This document shows, piece by piece, positions 1-7,660 of a DNA stretch of 32,000 nucleotides. Position 1 is the first letter of the stretch, and every line of letters starts with the position of its first letter. The position numbers and the translations under genes were made by a program. The notes under the pieces are model-generated. The model did not search any database, was not told the origin of the DNA, and saw nothing but the letters and a program-made list of their open reading frames with translations. Location of the stretch: NCBI RefSeq assembly GCF_001244545.1, contig NZ_LN852693.1, positions 288,656-320,655 of the forward strand, given 5' to 3'. The stretch is from Candidatus Stoquefichus sp. SB1 (GTDB lineage: Bacteria; Bacillota_I; Bacilli_A; Erysipelotrichales; Coprobacillaceae).

Positions 1-304
1 CAGTTGCTTCATCAAATTGCTTATGACATGTTAAACGACCACGGCGCAAATCATCATTATCCATGCCTGGTAAATCATCATGAATCAAAGAATATGTATG
101 AATCATTTCAATTGCACAAGCAACATCAAGATACAAATGATAATCTAAGCCATAAGAACGTAATACATTCAAAAAAATCAATGGGCGTAATCTTTTTCCA
201 GGGGCAAGCAAAGAATAATGCATTGCTTCCTTAACCAAACCATCTTTTAATGGCTTAAGAAGTTCGTCTAAACGTTGATTTAATTCTTCTTTTAGTGTAT
301 CCAT
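1..304 (-). CDS. ispA: Farnesyl/geranyl diphosphate synthase (polyprenyl synthetase), N-terminal part; gene runs off the left edge
   Basis: Absent from the ORF track (no stop in window). Hand translation from ATG at 304: MDTLKEELNQRLDELLKPLKDGLVKEAMHYSLLAPGKRLRPLIFLNVLRSYGLDYHLYLDVACAIEMIHTYSLIHDDLPGMDNDDLRRGRLTCHKQFDEA... This carries the first Asp-rich prenyltransferase motif (IHDDLPxMDNDDLRRG). GAGGA SD lies about 6 nt upstream. Follows xseA-xseB as in B. subtilis. Confidence 0.85.
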   Translation of the reverse strand, partial: MDTLKEELNQRLDELLKPLKDGLVKEAMHYSLLAPGKRLRPLIFLNVLRSYGLDYHLYLDVACAIEMIHTYSLIHDDLPGMDNDDLRRGRLTCHKQFDEAT

Positions 305-306
305 AA

Positions 307-522
307 TTATTCCTCACTTTGAAATTCTTTTAATTGACCATCTTCATAGATTTGTGCAACCTTTGCTTGAATATTTTTCAATTTTTCATCACAATATTTT
401 GATAATTCAATTCCTTCTTGAAATAAAGCAATACTATCTTCCAAAGGAATTTCATTACTCTCTAATTTTGCAACAATTTCCTCTAAACGTGCAATTGCTT
501 TTTCATATGTCATTTTTTCCAT
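307..522 (-). CDS. xseB: Exodeoxyribonuclease VII small subunit
   Basis: 71 aa; MTYEKAIARLEEIVAKLESNEIPLEDSIALFQEGIELSKYC is the typical XseB helical N-terminus. ATG preceded by AGGTGA. Immediately downstream of xseA. Confidence 0.9.
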   Translation of the reverse strand: MEKMTYEKAIARLEEIVAKLESNEIPLEDSIALFQEGIELSKYCDEKLKNIQAKVAQIYEDGQLKEFQSEE

Positions 523-530
523 CTTCTCAC

Positions 531-1784
531 CTACTTAATTTCTGCCTTTTGAAAGCCATCATAAAATTGTATTTCAACAATATCTCCCTTTTGTACACTT
601 TTAACTGATTTTATCATTTTTTCTTCTCTTCTCACTAAAGTATATCCTCTTTGCATCACTTTTAAGGGACTTAATGCATCTAAACTTGCAATTGTTTTTT
701 GCAGTTGATATTCTTTTAATTGAATGAGATTATCAGTTGACTGTTTTAACGTTAATTGATAATTTTTAAGTTGTTGAAATATTTTCATATCAAATATTTT
801 AAATTGATATGACAGTTGATCTTGTAATTTTGTTAATCTCAATATTTCATTAGAATATATTGCTTCTGGTGTTGTTAAATAATATGATTTCTGCAATCTT
901 GTCAAATATTGACGATGGATATCTAAATAATGTTTCATTTTATATATCAATTGCTGTTTGAGATCATAATTATATTTACGTAATTCATTTTGATCAGGTG
1001 TTGCTTTCATAGCTGCAGCCGTTGGCGTTGCACATCGACAGTCACTTACAAAATCACAGATTGTAAAATCTGTTTCATGCCCTATCCCTGTAACAATAGG
1101 CGTTTGACAGTTAAACAAACATCTCGCCAAAGCCTCTTCATTAAAATTCCATAAATCTTCAATTGAACCACCACCACGAGCCAAAATAAGTGTATCAAAA
1201 CCTAATCCATCAACTTGATTCAATGTTTCAATAATTTGTCTATAAGCATTTTTTCCCTGCACAGGAATAGGAAAAACAACAACCTGAGTAAATGGAAAAC
1301 GCAAATGAATTGTTCTTACAATATCTTGAACTGCTGCTCCTTGTTTAGCAGACAAAACGGCAATTTTACGTGGAAATTGAGGGATCATTTTCTTGAATTT
1401 TTCATCAAATAATCCTTCCGCATTCAGTTTTTTCTTAAGTGCTTCAAATTTTAGATAGAGTTGTCCGATTCCATCTTGTTGAATAGATTGTACATATAAT
1501 TGATATTGACCACTCACTTCATAAACTGATACACTAGCCCGAATAAAAACCTGCATGCCATTTTCTATTTCAAAATTCAAACGTCTGGCTTGTGAAGCAA
1601 ACATGACAGCACTCACTCGTGAATTTTCATCTTTAAGAGTGAAATAAAGATGACCACTAGGATGTGGTCTATAATTTGATATTTCACCTTTGATATAGAT
1701 ATTCTGTAATGCTACATCCTGATTCATTTTTGCTTTAATATACTTATTTAAAGCAAAAACAGTAATATATTTTCTTTCCTCCAT
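531..1784 (-). CDS. xseA: Exodeoxyribonuclease VII large subunit
   Basis: 417-418 aa with an N-terminal OB-fold (ALNKYIKAKM...IYIKGEISNYRPHPSGHLYFTLKD), a catalytic core (ARGGGSIEDLWNFNEE) and a C-terminal coiled coil. The track start at 1787 is TTG. The ATG at 1784 shares one nt with the nusB TGA and is more likely. Confidence 0.9.
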   Translation of the reverse strand: MEERKYITVFALNKYIKAKMNQDVALQNIYIKGEISNYRPHPSGHLYFTLKDENSRVSAVMFASQARRLNFEIENGMQVFIRASVSVYEVSGQYQLYVQSIQQDGIGQLYLKFEALKKKLNAEGLFDEKFKKMIPQFPRKIAVLSAKQGAAVQDIVRTIHLRFPFTQVVVFPIPVQGKNAYRQIIETLNQVDGLGFDTLILARGGGSIEDLWNFNEEALARCLFNCQTPIVTGIGHETDFTICDFVSDCRCATPTAAAMKATPDQNELRKYNYDLKQQLIYKMKHYLDIHRQYLTRLQKSYYLTTPEAIYSNEILRLTKLQDQLSYQFKIFDMKIFQQLKNYQLTLKQSTDNLIQLKEYQLQKTIASLDALSPLKVMQRGYTLVRREEKMIKSVKSVQKGDIVEIQFYDGFQKAEIK

Positions 1785-2188
1785 CAAATAACCTGACTCA
1801 AGACACCATTAATAAACTTATACGAATCATCATCACAGAATTTTTTAGCATTAAGAACAGCTTCATTAATAACTATTGTTTTTGGCAAATCAGATTCAAG
1901 CAATTCACATGTAGCAATTAATAGTATTGCTCTTTCCATCACACTTAATCTATCAAATGTCCAGCTTTTTTTCAAATGTTTTGCAATTAAATCCTGATAT
2001 GAATCTTTATGATTAATTGCATTTTCTACTAACCATTGACTAAATTTCATTGTTTCAGGATTTTTACTTAATGTTTTATCTTCATTTAAAAATATAACTA
2101 TTTCATCTATTGAACTTCCAACTAATAGGTTTTGATAAACTCCAATAGTTGCTTTTTCTCTTGCAATTTGTCTACGACTTTTTTCCAT
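1784..2188 (-). CDS. nusB: Transcription antitermination factor NusB
   Basis: MEKSRRQIAREKA... aligns with the B. subtilis NusB N-terminus (MKRRTAREKA); C-terminal FINGVLSQV motif. Start set at ATG 2188 by that alignment; ATG at 2209 remains possible. Confidence 0.88.
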   Translation of the reverse strand: MEKSRRQIAREKATIGVYQNLLVGSSIDEIVIFLNEDKTLSKNPETMKFSQWLVENAINHKDSYQDLIAKHLKKSWTFDRLSVMERAILLIATCELLESDLPKTIVINEAVLNAKKFCDDDSYKFINGVLSQVI

Positions 2189-2244
2189 AAAATACAAATG
2201 CCTCCACATTCTCTAAATTACTCCTATTTTACCACAAATACTCC

Positions 2245-2285
2245 AAAAAATAAACAAAAGAAAAGTAAGAATCGACATTCTTACT
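2245..2285 (-). terminator. Rho-independent terminator after asp23
   Basis: Perfect 9-bp stem AGTAAGAAT (2264-2272) / ATTCTTACT (2277-2285) with a 4-nt loop. On the minus strand it is followed by TTTCTTTTGTTTATTTTTT. Confidence 0.75.
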
Positions 2286-2289
2286 TAAA

Positions 2290-2637
2290 CTATTCAAAAT
2301 CAATATTATCAACTTCAATATCAATATGTTTCACTTTTACATCTGTCATCTGTTTAATTGAAGTTGCTATTTTATCTTGAATCTCCTGTGTGATTTGAGA
2401 TACATTTACTCCATATTTAATACGAACATGAATACATATATAGACTTCATTTTCTTTAATAGAGCAAGACACAACTGCCTTTGTACCAGGAATTTGAATT
2501 CCCTTAGATGTATCCAAAGAAACATTTTTCATTTCATTAACAGTTCTTTTTGTAATTTCATCAAAGACTTGAACATTCATCAATATTTTACCATTTACAG
2601 AGCCTTGATCAAATGTATAATATTCATTATGTGCCAT
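2290..2637 (-). CDS. Asp23/Gls24 family alkaline-shock/envelope stress protein (YqhY-like)
   Basis: 115 aa with Asp23-family features (VNGKILMNVQVFDEI...VYICIHVRIKYGVNVSQITQEIQDKI). AGAGGT SD 6 nt upstream. Sits just upstream of nusB, like B. subtilis yqhY. Confidence 0.8.
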   Translation of the reverse strand: MAHNEYYTFDQGSVNGKILMNVQVFDEITKRTVNEMKNVSLDTSKGIQIPGTKAVVSCSIKENEVYICIHVRIKYGVNVSQITQEIQDKIATSIKQMTDVKVKHIDIEVDNIDFE

Positions 2638-2693
2638 AACATTACCTCTTTTCTATATCTCTATTGTATATAAAATATCATAAAATTACAAGT

Positions 2694-3152
2694 TTATTCA
2701 CTAATAAATTTCACTTCAACCTGATAGTTATCACCAACAAGATTTAAAATTTCTTTTATAATTTTAGATGCGTCTGTCTGTGTTGCATCTTTTTTCATAA
2801 CAGTCACTTTAATTGTTTGATTCTCAATTTCAACATACGCATCCTTATATCCAAGTTCTTTGATTTTTGAAACAATACTCTTCTCTTTTTCACCTATATT
2901 TTTTGTTTCACTAATCGTTTCAAGTGCTTCATTAATAGAATCTGATGTACTTGATTCTTTTGCTATAATCTCATTGTTTTTAGAGATAATATCTTCTCTT
3001 TTCTTATTTAATTGCTCTTGTAATTGCTGAATTGTTGTTTGCGTACTGGTAACGACTTCTTCATTTGAACTTGGTGGCAACATAATATAATAGATTGATA
3101 AGACAAGTATTAAACTGAAAAGTGTTAAAAAAGTAAAAGCTTGTTTATTCAT
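2694..3152 (-). CDS. SpoIIIAH-like membrane protein (single N-terminal TM plus YscJ/FliF-like C-terminal domain)
   Basis: The N-terminus LTLFSLILVLSIYYIMLPPSS closely resembles B. subtilis SpoIIIAH LTMLSLVVVLSVYYIMSPES as I recall it. The C-terminus (KIKELGYKDAYVEIENQTIKVTVMKKDATQTDASKIIKEILNLV...VEVKF) parallels LIKTQGYEDALVNAEGDKINITVKSD...AIIDLVAKEI...VAVTF. AAGGAGA SD. Confidence 0.7.
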   Translation of the reverse strand: MNKQAFTFLTLFSLILVLSIYYIMLPPSSNEEVVTSTQTTIQQLQEQLNKKREDIISKNNEIIAKESSTSDSINEALETISETKNIGEKEKSIVSKIKELGYKDAYVEIENQTIKVTVMKKDATQTDASKIIKEILNLVGDNYQVEVKFISE

Positions 3153-3204
3153 ATTCCATTCTCCTTTTTCTTATATACTATATGTTACAACAAGCTTAAA
3201 TATG

Positions 3205-3224
3205 AAAAAAAGAGCTTACGCTCT
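3205..3224 (-). terminator. Rho-independent terminator overlapping the efp stop codon
   Basis: Minus strand reads AGAGC-GTAA-GCTCT followed by TTTTTTTC. Short 5-bp stem. Confidence 0.55.
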
Positions 3225-3773
3225 TCCTTGATATTTTCCATCTTCTGTATTCACAATAACTTTTTCTCCTTCATTAATAAATAAAGGAACTTTGATTTGG
3301 TAACCTGTTTCAATAGTTGCATTTTTAGTTGCACCTGTTGCAGTATCACCTTTAACAGCAGGTTCAGTTTCAGTAACTGTAAAAGCCACATTGACAGGTA
3401 ATTGAACACCTAAAACCTCATTTTCAAAACTTGTGACTTCTACCTCATCAGATGGTTTTAAAAAGTTCATTTCCCATTTTAAATGATCAGCAGGAATTTC
3501 AATTTGATCATATGTTTCATTATCCATAAAAACTAACATATCCCCTGAATCATATAAGTATTGCATTTTTCTTTTTTCAATATGTGCTTTGGCAACTTTT
3601 TCACTATTTCCAAAAGTTACTTCAGTTGTAGAACCAGTTCTCATGTTTTTCATTTTCACTCTAATATTAGCAGCAGCACGTGCTGTTTTATTATGTGAAT
3701 ATTCTAAAACAACATATAAATTGCCATCATATTGAAAAGTCATACCTGGTCTTAAATCACCAACATTAATCAT
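3216..3773 (-). CDS. efp: Translation elongation factor P
   Basis: 185 aa; INVGDLRPGMTFQYDGNLYVVLEYSHNKTARAAANIRVKMKNMRTG is the canonical EF-P domain I including the modified-Lys loop region. The track start at 3779 is TTG only 1 nt from the SD. ATG at 3773 lies 7 nt after AAGGAGAG. Confidence 0.93.
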   Translation of the reverse strand: MINVGDLRPGMTFQYDGNLYVVLEYSHNKTARAAANIRVKMKNMRTGSTTEVTFGNSEKVAKAHIEKRKMQYLYDSGDMLVFMDNETYDQIEIPADHLKWEMNFLKPSDEVEVTSFENEVLGVQLPVNVAFTVTETEPAVKGDTATGATKNATIETGYQIKVPLFINEGEKVIVNTEDGKYQGRA

Positions 3774-3806
3774 ATTCAATCTCTCCTTTGTAAGTTTCCC
3801 TACGCA

Positions 3807-3835
3807 TTATAACAAATTTTTTCATATATGTAAAA
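3807..3835 (-). promoter_or_regulatory. Sigma-A type promoter for efp
   Basis: Minus strand: TTTACA - 17 nt - TATAAT, with a TGT extended -10 context, about 30 nt upstream of the efp SD. Confidence 0.6.
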
Positions 3836-3856
3836 TAAATCTATTACTTTTTAGAC

Positions 3857-4009
3857 TCAAAATAAAATGACAAAAATGATATCAACACATAAGAGTATCC
3901 CAATAACAATACTGATTTGTTTTTTTCGTTTATCTGTATCACAAATTTTTTCACGATACACACTAAGTAAAAAACATATCATTAAAATAGCAAATAAAAT
4001 ATATAGCAT
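3857..4009 (-). CDS. Unannotated 50-aa two-TM hairpin membrane protein, last cistron of the comG operon
   Basis: Below the track size cutoff. Hand translation: MLYILFAILMICFLLSVYREKICDTDKRKKQISIVIGILLCVDIIFVILF*. ATG at 4009 lies 2 nt after the comGG stop and is preceded by GGAGGG at ideal spacing. Two hydrophobic helices flank a basic loop. Confidence 0.6.
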   Translation of the reverse strand: MLYILFAILMICFLLSVYREKICDTDKRKKQISIVIGILLCVDIIFVILF

Positions 4010-4011
4010 AT

Positions 4012-4392
4012 TTATCCCTCCACATAGCTAAATTTTGTAACTTCAAACGTATCTGTTCGTATATTTAATATAAATGAATAGTTGATCTTTTCAGATGATA
4101 TATGCGTTGTAATTTCATAATAATCTCCTAAATCCTCAATGAGACTTTGAATTGAATATTCATCATCCATATAATCATCACTTAATAAAATATCATTTTG
4201 CATTTGATCAACATAATATTGAGTCAGTAAAATCTCTAGATTTTTTTGCTTCATGAGAAGTTGAATAGATGTATAGTTTTTGGCATTTTGTCGAATTAGA
4301 AATAATCCTACAGTTAGAGAAAATGTGAATACTAAAAAAGTCACAAGTACAATTTGTAATACGGATCCTTTATTGTTCTGTAATGATTTCAT
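4012..4392 (-). CDS. comGG: Competence minor pseudopilin-like protein ComGG
   Basis: 126 aa with an N-terminal hydrophobic anchor (KGSVLQIVLVTFLVFTFSLTV). Seventh gene of the operon; overlaps comGF by 23 nt. Assigned mainly by position. Confidence 0.6.
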   Translation of the reverse strand: MKSLQNNKGSVLQIVLVTFLVFTFSLTVGLFLIRQNAKNYTSIQLLMKQKNLEILLTQYYVDQMQNDILLSDDYMDDEYSIQSLIEDLGDYYEITTHISSEKINYSFILNIRTDTFEVTKFSYVEG

Positions 4393-4825
4393 CGTCTATC
4401 TCCTGTTTTTCTTTTGCAAAAGTAAGCAAGAACTGATATTCTTTTTCATTGCGAACGACATTCATATAAATCATATCATGCTTCATTTCAAAAGAAAGAT
4501 CATCGATATTGGTTATCATAATCTCAAATCCAGGCGTTTTAACAAGACGATGATTATCTATATCAAATGTCATGATTTCACCGTCATAATTATAAAAACT
4601 GTATTGCTCACCAACGTCTTCATAATTTGTTCCCAACACCTCCTGACTGATTTGTTTTGCAGCTATAAAAATATCTTCATCATATTGTGAAATGTTTTGA
4701 GCATGTGAAATCGTGCGATACATCCCAAACAAACTTGTTACAATAATCAATGAAATTCCAAATGAAAATAAGACTTCAATCAATGTAAAGCCATTTGAAT
4801 TAATTCTGTAAAATCTTCTGAAAAT
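4370..4825 (-). CDS. comGF: Competence minor pseudopilin ComGF (start unresolved: ATT 4825 proposed, track uses TTG 4783)
   Basis: The in-frame sequence just upstream of the track start encodes NSNG-FTLIEVLFSFGISLIIV, the class III prepilin cleavage motif. That frame opens at the TGA at 4832-4834 and has no ATG/GTG/TTG before the motif. ATT at 4823-4825 sits about 7 nt after GAGGGTGA. Confidence 0.6.
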   Translation of the reverse strand: MFRRFYRINSNGFTLIEVLFSFGISLIIVTSLFGMYRTISHAQNISQYDEDIFIAAKQISQEVLGTNYEDVGEQYSFYNYDGEIMTFDIDNHRLVKTPGFEIMITNIDDLSFEMKHDMIYMNVVRNEKEYQFLLTFAKEKQEIDDEIITEQ

Positions 4826-4989
4826 GATATTTCACCCTCTTTCTTTAAAACATCTTGATAATACTGACTGATTTTCGTTTCATTGGAAAAAAGATTCGTC
4901 ATTAAACCCATATAGATTACCAATACAGATATAAAGATTTCAAAAGCAAACAAACTTTCAATCAGTGTCGAGCCTCTTTTACCTAACAT
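4780..4989 (-). CDS. comGE: Competence minor pseudopilin ComGE
   Basis: 69 aa from ATG 4989: MLGKRG-STLIESLFAFEIFISVLVI (prepilin-like leader plus hydrophobic helix). The track's longer N-terminus overlaps comGD and is unlikely. Confidence 0.65.
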   Translation of the reverse strand: MLGKRGSTLIESLFAFEIFISVLVIYMGLMTNLFSNETKISQYYQDVLKKEGEISFSEDFTELIQMALH

Positions 4990-5368
4990 AAAAGCACCCA
5001 CTGCCCACTTGAAAAACAAACTGATATTGTTTTTTAGAAGTATGTAAAACAACCGTCTTAGCACCTTTAATATTCCCTGAAAGATTAAAGGTCATTTCGT
5101 GTGGTTCAAAAAAACTTTGATCATATAATTGATATTCTTTATTAAAATCAACACTGTGGTAAACAATTTCAGAATTTGAAAATGTTAATGTTACTGTCTG
5201 TTTATACGTCATTGCTGTTAATTTTGCTTCATTTAAAAAACCAATGATTTCTTGAACAAGCATACTCTCACTCTTTTGTGGCATATGTAATGTTAAAGAG
5301 AGAGTTGATAAAATGCATATAACAAATAATACAAATAATGTTTCAACTAAAGTAAATCCTTTATTCAT
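4979..5368 (-). CDS. comGD: Competence minor pseudopilin ComGD
   Basis: MNKG-FTLVETLFVLFVICILSTL prepilin signature. ATG 5368 overlaps the comGC stop in an ATGAATAA junction. Confidence 0.75.
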   Translation of the reverse strand: MNKGFTLVETLFVLFVICILSTLSLTLHMPQKSESMLVQEIIGFLNEAKLTAMTYKQTVTLTFSNSEIVYHSVDFNKEYQLYDQSFFEPHEMTFNLSGNIKGAKTVVLHTSKKQYQFVFQVGSGCFYVR

Positions 5369-5666
5369 CAGCATAAGCTTGACCATCGCTTATAGATATT
5401 GATTTTCCATTTGGACATATTCCTTGCTTTTCTGTTAAATAGGGATGACTACCACTTGTTAAATCAGAAATACTTGTTGGTAACTCTCCATTTTCAATTT
5501 CATATAACAAAATCTGAGAATTCACAACTTCAACTTGTGCTTCACAACCTTTGTTTTTAACAACAGTATTTTTAGAAGTAACATTAGGTATAACAAGAAG
5601 CAAAATAACTAATATCACACTAATACAGAAAATCATTTCAATTAAAGTAAATCCTTTTTTGTTCAT
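5361..5666 (-). CDS. comGC: Competence major pseudopilin ComGC
   Basis: 101 aa; MNKKG-FTLIEMIFCISVILVILLLVIP is the canonical type IV prepilin leader/cleavage site with Glu+5. Two Cys in the globular part. AAAGGAAGGA SD. Confidence 0.88.
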   Translation of the reverse strand: MNKKGFTLIEMIFCISVILVILLLVIPNVTSKNTVVKNKGCEAQVEVVNSQILLYEIENGELPTSISDLTSGSHPYLTEKQGICPNGKSISISDGQAYADE

Positions 5667-5682
5667 TTTTATTCCTTCCTTT

Positions 5683-6681
5683 CTAAATATCTGAGATTAC
5701 ATTCATCATTGGAATAATAATCGAAACATAAATCGTAATAACAAAAACTGCTACAAACCCATAAATTGATGGAACAAGATATTTTAAAAATTGGGATATC
5801 CAAAGATCAATCTGTTCATAAGTCAAATCAATATAATGTGCTAAAGATTGCTTTTGAACTGGATTTTTCATATACATTTGAAAAAAGCTTAAAAACAAAC
5901 GATCAAAATACTCAAAATCTTCTAAAATATCTTCTAGTGCTTCACCTTCATGTAATCTGTTATTCATTTCATAAAGCACAATTTTTAAATCACTTTCTGT
6001 CATTTGTTCATTCAAAAGTGCAATAATACTTGTACTATCAATTTCTTCATTAAGAAGTTCATGATAATAAACAGCAAATTTAAGAGAAAAATATTTTTGC
6101 AAACAAATTTTAAAGACTGGTAATTTCAAATACCACTCAATAATTAAATAAGATTTATGACGTAGTGCAAAAAATAGTCGAATAAGTAAAAACACAATAA
6201 GACTCCCAATAGAAATAATTAAAATTGGCATAAAATAGAAAAAGAAAAACATAATTTGAATCATAAGACTCTTTTGAATTTGAAAAGAATCAAATAGCTG
6301 ATTGACATTTGGTAATAAAATAAATACAACAAAAATAGAAAAAAGAAGCAAAAAAGTCATTAAAATAAGAGGATAAGTTAATTTTGATTTTAATTGATTT
6401 TGATACTCTTCTTTCATCATACAAATATCTAAACTCTTTTGAATAGCTTCAGATAAACAATTCTTATTTTTAAAAAAATAAAAGTATTCTAAAAATAATT
6501 TTGGAAAATCCCCACTTATAATAACCGTTTCTAAAGATTCACCATAATGTAACTGATCAATCATTTTTGTTATTATAGGATGATGCATGATATGCTGACA
6601 AATATGTAATGTTTCTTCAATACTATAACCTGCCTCCAATAAAGTATATAGATTTTTTAAAAGCAGATAATCTTTATTCAT
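5683..6681 (-). CDS. comGB: Competence pseudopilus platform protein ComGB (GspF/PilC family)
   Basis: Polytopic membrane protein with duplicated GspF-like cytoplasmic domains. Start set at ATG 6681 (MNKDYLLLKNLY), which overlaps the comGA stop by 8 nt; the track start 6714 would overlap by 41 nt. Confidence 0.85.
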   Translation of the reverse strand: MNKDYLLLKNLYTLLEAGYSIEETLHICQHIMHHPIITKMIDQLHYGESLETVIISGDFPKLFLEYFYFFKNKNCLSEAIQKSLDICMMKEEYQNQLKSKLTYPLILMTFLLLFSIFVVFILLPNVNQLFDSFQIQKSLMIQIMFFFFYFMPILIISIGSLIVFLLIRLFFALRHKSYLIIEWYLKLPVFKICLQKYFSLKFAVYYHELLNEEIDSTSIIALLNEQMTESDLKIVLYEMNNRLHEGEALEDILEDFEYFDRLFLSFFQMYMKNPVQKQSLAHYIDLTYEQIDLWISQFLKYLVPSIYGFVAVFVITIYVSIIIPMMNVISDI

Positions 6682-7660
6682 ATTGATATTCTCCTGTAAA
6701 TAACTCTCTATCAAAACCTTGATTTATTAATTTTTGAGCTTGCTTTGCAAACGTTGAATAATTTGTTTCGTGATTTTGAAAGTAAGAGAAAATCTCTTCT
6801 TTATTCATATACTCTGATAAAACAATAACTCTTTGATTCTTTGAATCATATTTCATCCTTTGCGACATTGCACCTATAACAACATCACAGATATCTATTT
6901 CATTTACTTCTAGATTCATTAAACGTTTTAATGATAATAATGCATTGCTTGCATGAATAGTTGTTAAAACTAAATGCCCTGTCAAAGCACATGTAATCGC
7001 AATTTTAGCTGTTGTCACATCACGTATTTCACCAATCATAATAATATCTGGATCATGCCTTAATATCTGCTTTAAAGTATCCTGATAAGTAATTCCTAAC
7101 TTTTCATTTAGTTCAATTTGTAAACAGTTCTCTAATTGCATTTCAATAGGATCTTCAATTGTAATAACATTCTTATTATCATGACGAATAATTTCTTTAA
7201 GAACAGTATATAAGGTCGTGGATTTCCCTGATCCCGTTGCTCCACTAATTAAAAATAAGCCACTTTCCTGTTTTGTTAACCACATTAAATAATGAATAAT
7301 ATCATCTTGGTAAGAAAGTTGTTCAATTGTACCAATCTCATGATTGTTAAGAATCCTAATGACAATACTTTCAAAATTTTGTGATGGCAGATAAGAAATT
7401 CTCAAGAAATACTCTTTTTGATGTATAGTTGTTGAAAAATCACCAGTTTGAGGAAGAAGTCGATAATTTGTATTGATGAGCGCTCTATATTTAATATAAT
7501 TCATCAATTTACTTCCTAAATCATTTTCTAAACAATCATAATTTTTTAATTTCCCAAACAACCGAAAACGAATATAAAGACAATCTTTTAAAACCATATG
7601 TATATCTGTAGCTTTCATTTTCAAAGCCCGATACATCACCTTATCAAATAGTTCATCCAT
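6674..7660 (-). CDS. comGA: Competence pseudopilus assembly ATPase ComGA (GspE/PilB family)
   Basis: 328 aa with Walker A GATGSGKST, an Asp box (ITIEDPIE), Walker B (DPDIIMIGEIRD) and a His box (TGHLVLTTIHA). GGAGGG SD. Confidence 0.92.
   Translation of the reverse strand: MDELFDKVMYRALKMKATDIHMVLKDCLYIRFRLFGKLKNYDCLENDLGSKLMNYIKYRALINTNYRLLPQTGDFSTTIHQKEYFLRISYLPSQNFESIVIRILNNHEIGTIEQLSYQDDIIHYLMWLTKQESGLFLISGATGSGKSTTLYTVLKEIIRHDNKNVITIEDPIEMQLENCLQIELNEKLGITYQDTLKQILRHDPDIIMIGEIRDVTTAKIAITCALTGHLVLTTIHASNALLSLKRLMNLEVNEIDICDVVIGAMSQRMKYDSKNQRVIVLSEYMNKEEIFSYFQNHETNYSTFAKQAQKLINQGFDRELFTGEYQYE

Noticed and set aside
4-234. 76-aa plus-strand ORF at the left edge
   Set aside because: It is antisense to the ispA N-terminal coding region, whose translation carries the DDxxD prenyltransferase motif. 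Shadow ORF.
1821-1828. TACGAATC, a near match to the streptococcal ComX box TACGAATA
   Set aside because: It lies on the plus strand inside nusB, with no plus-strand gene downstream. Chance occurrence.
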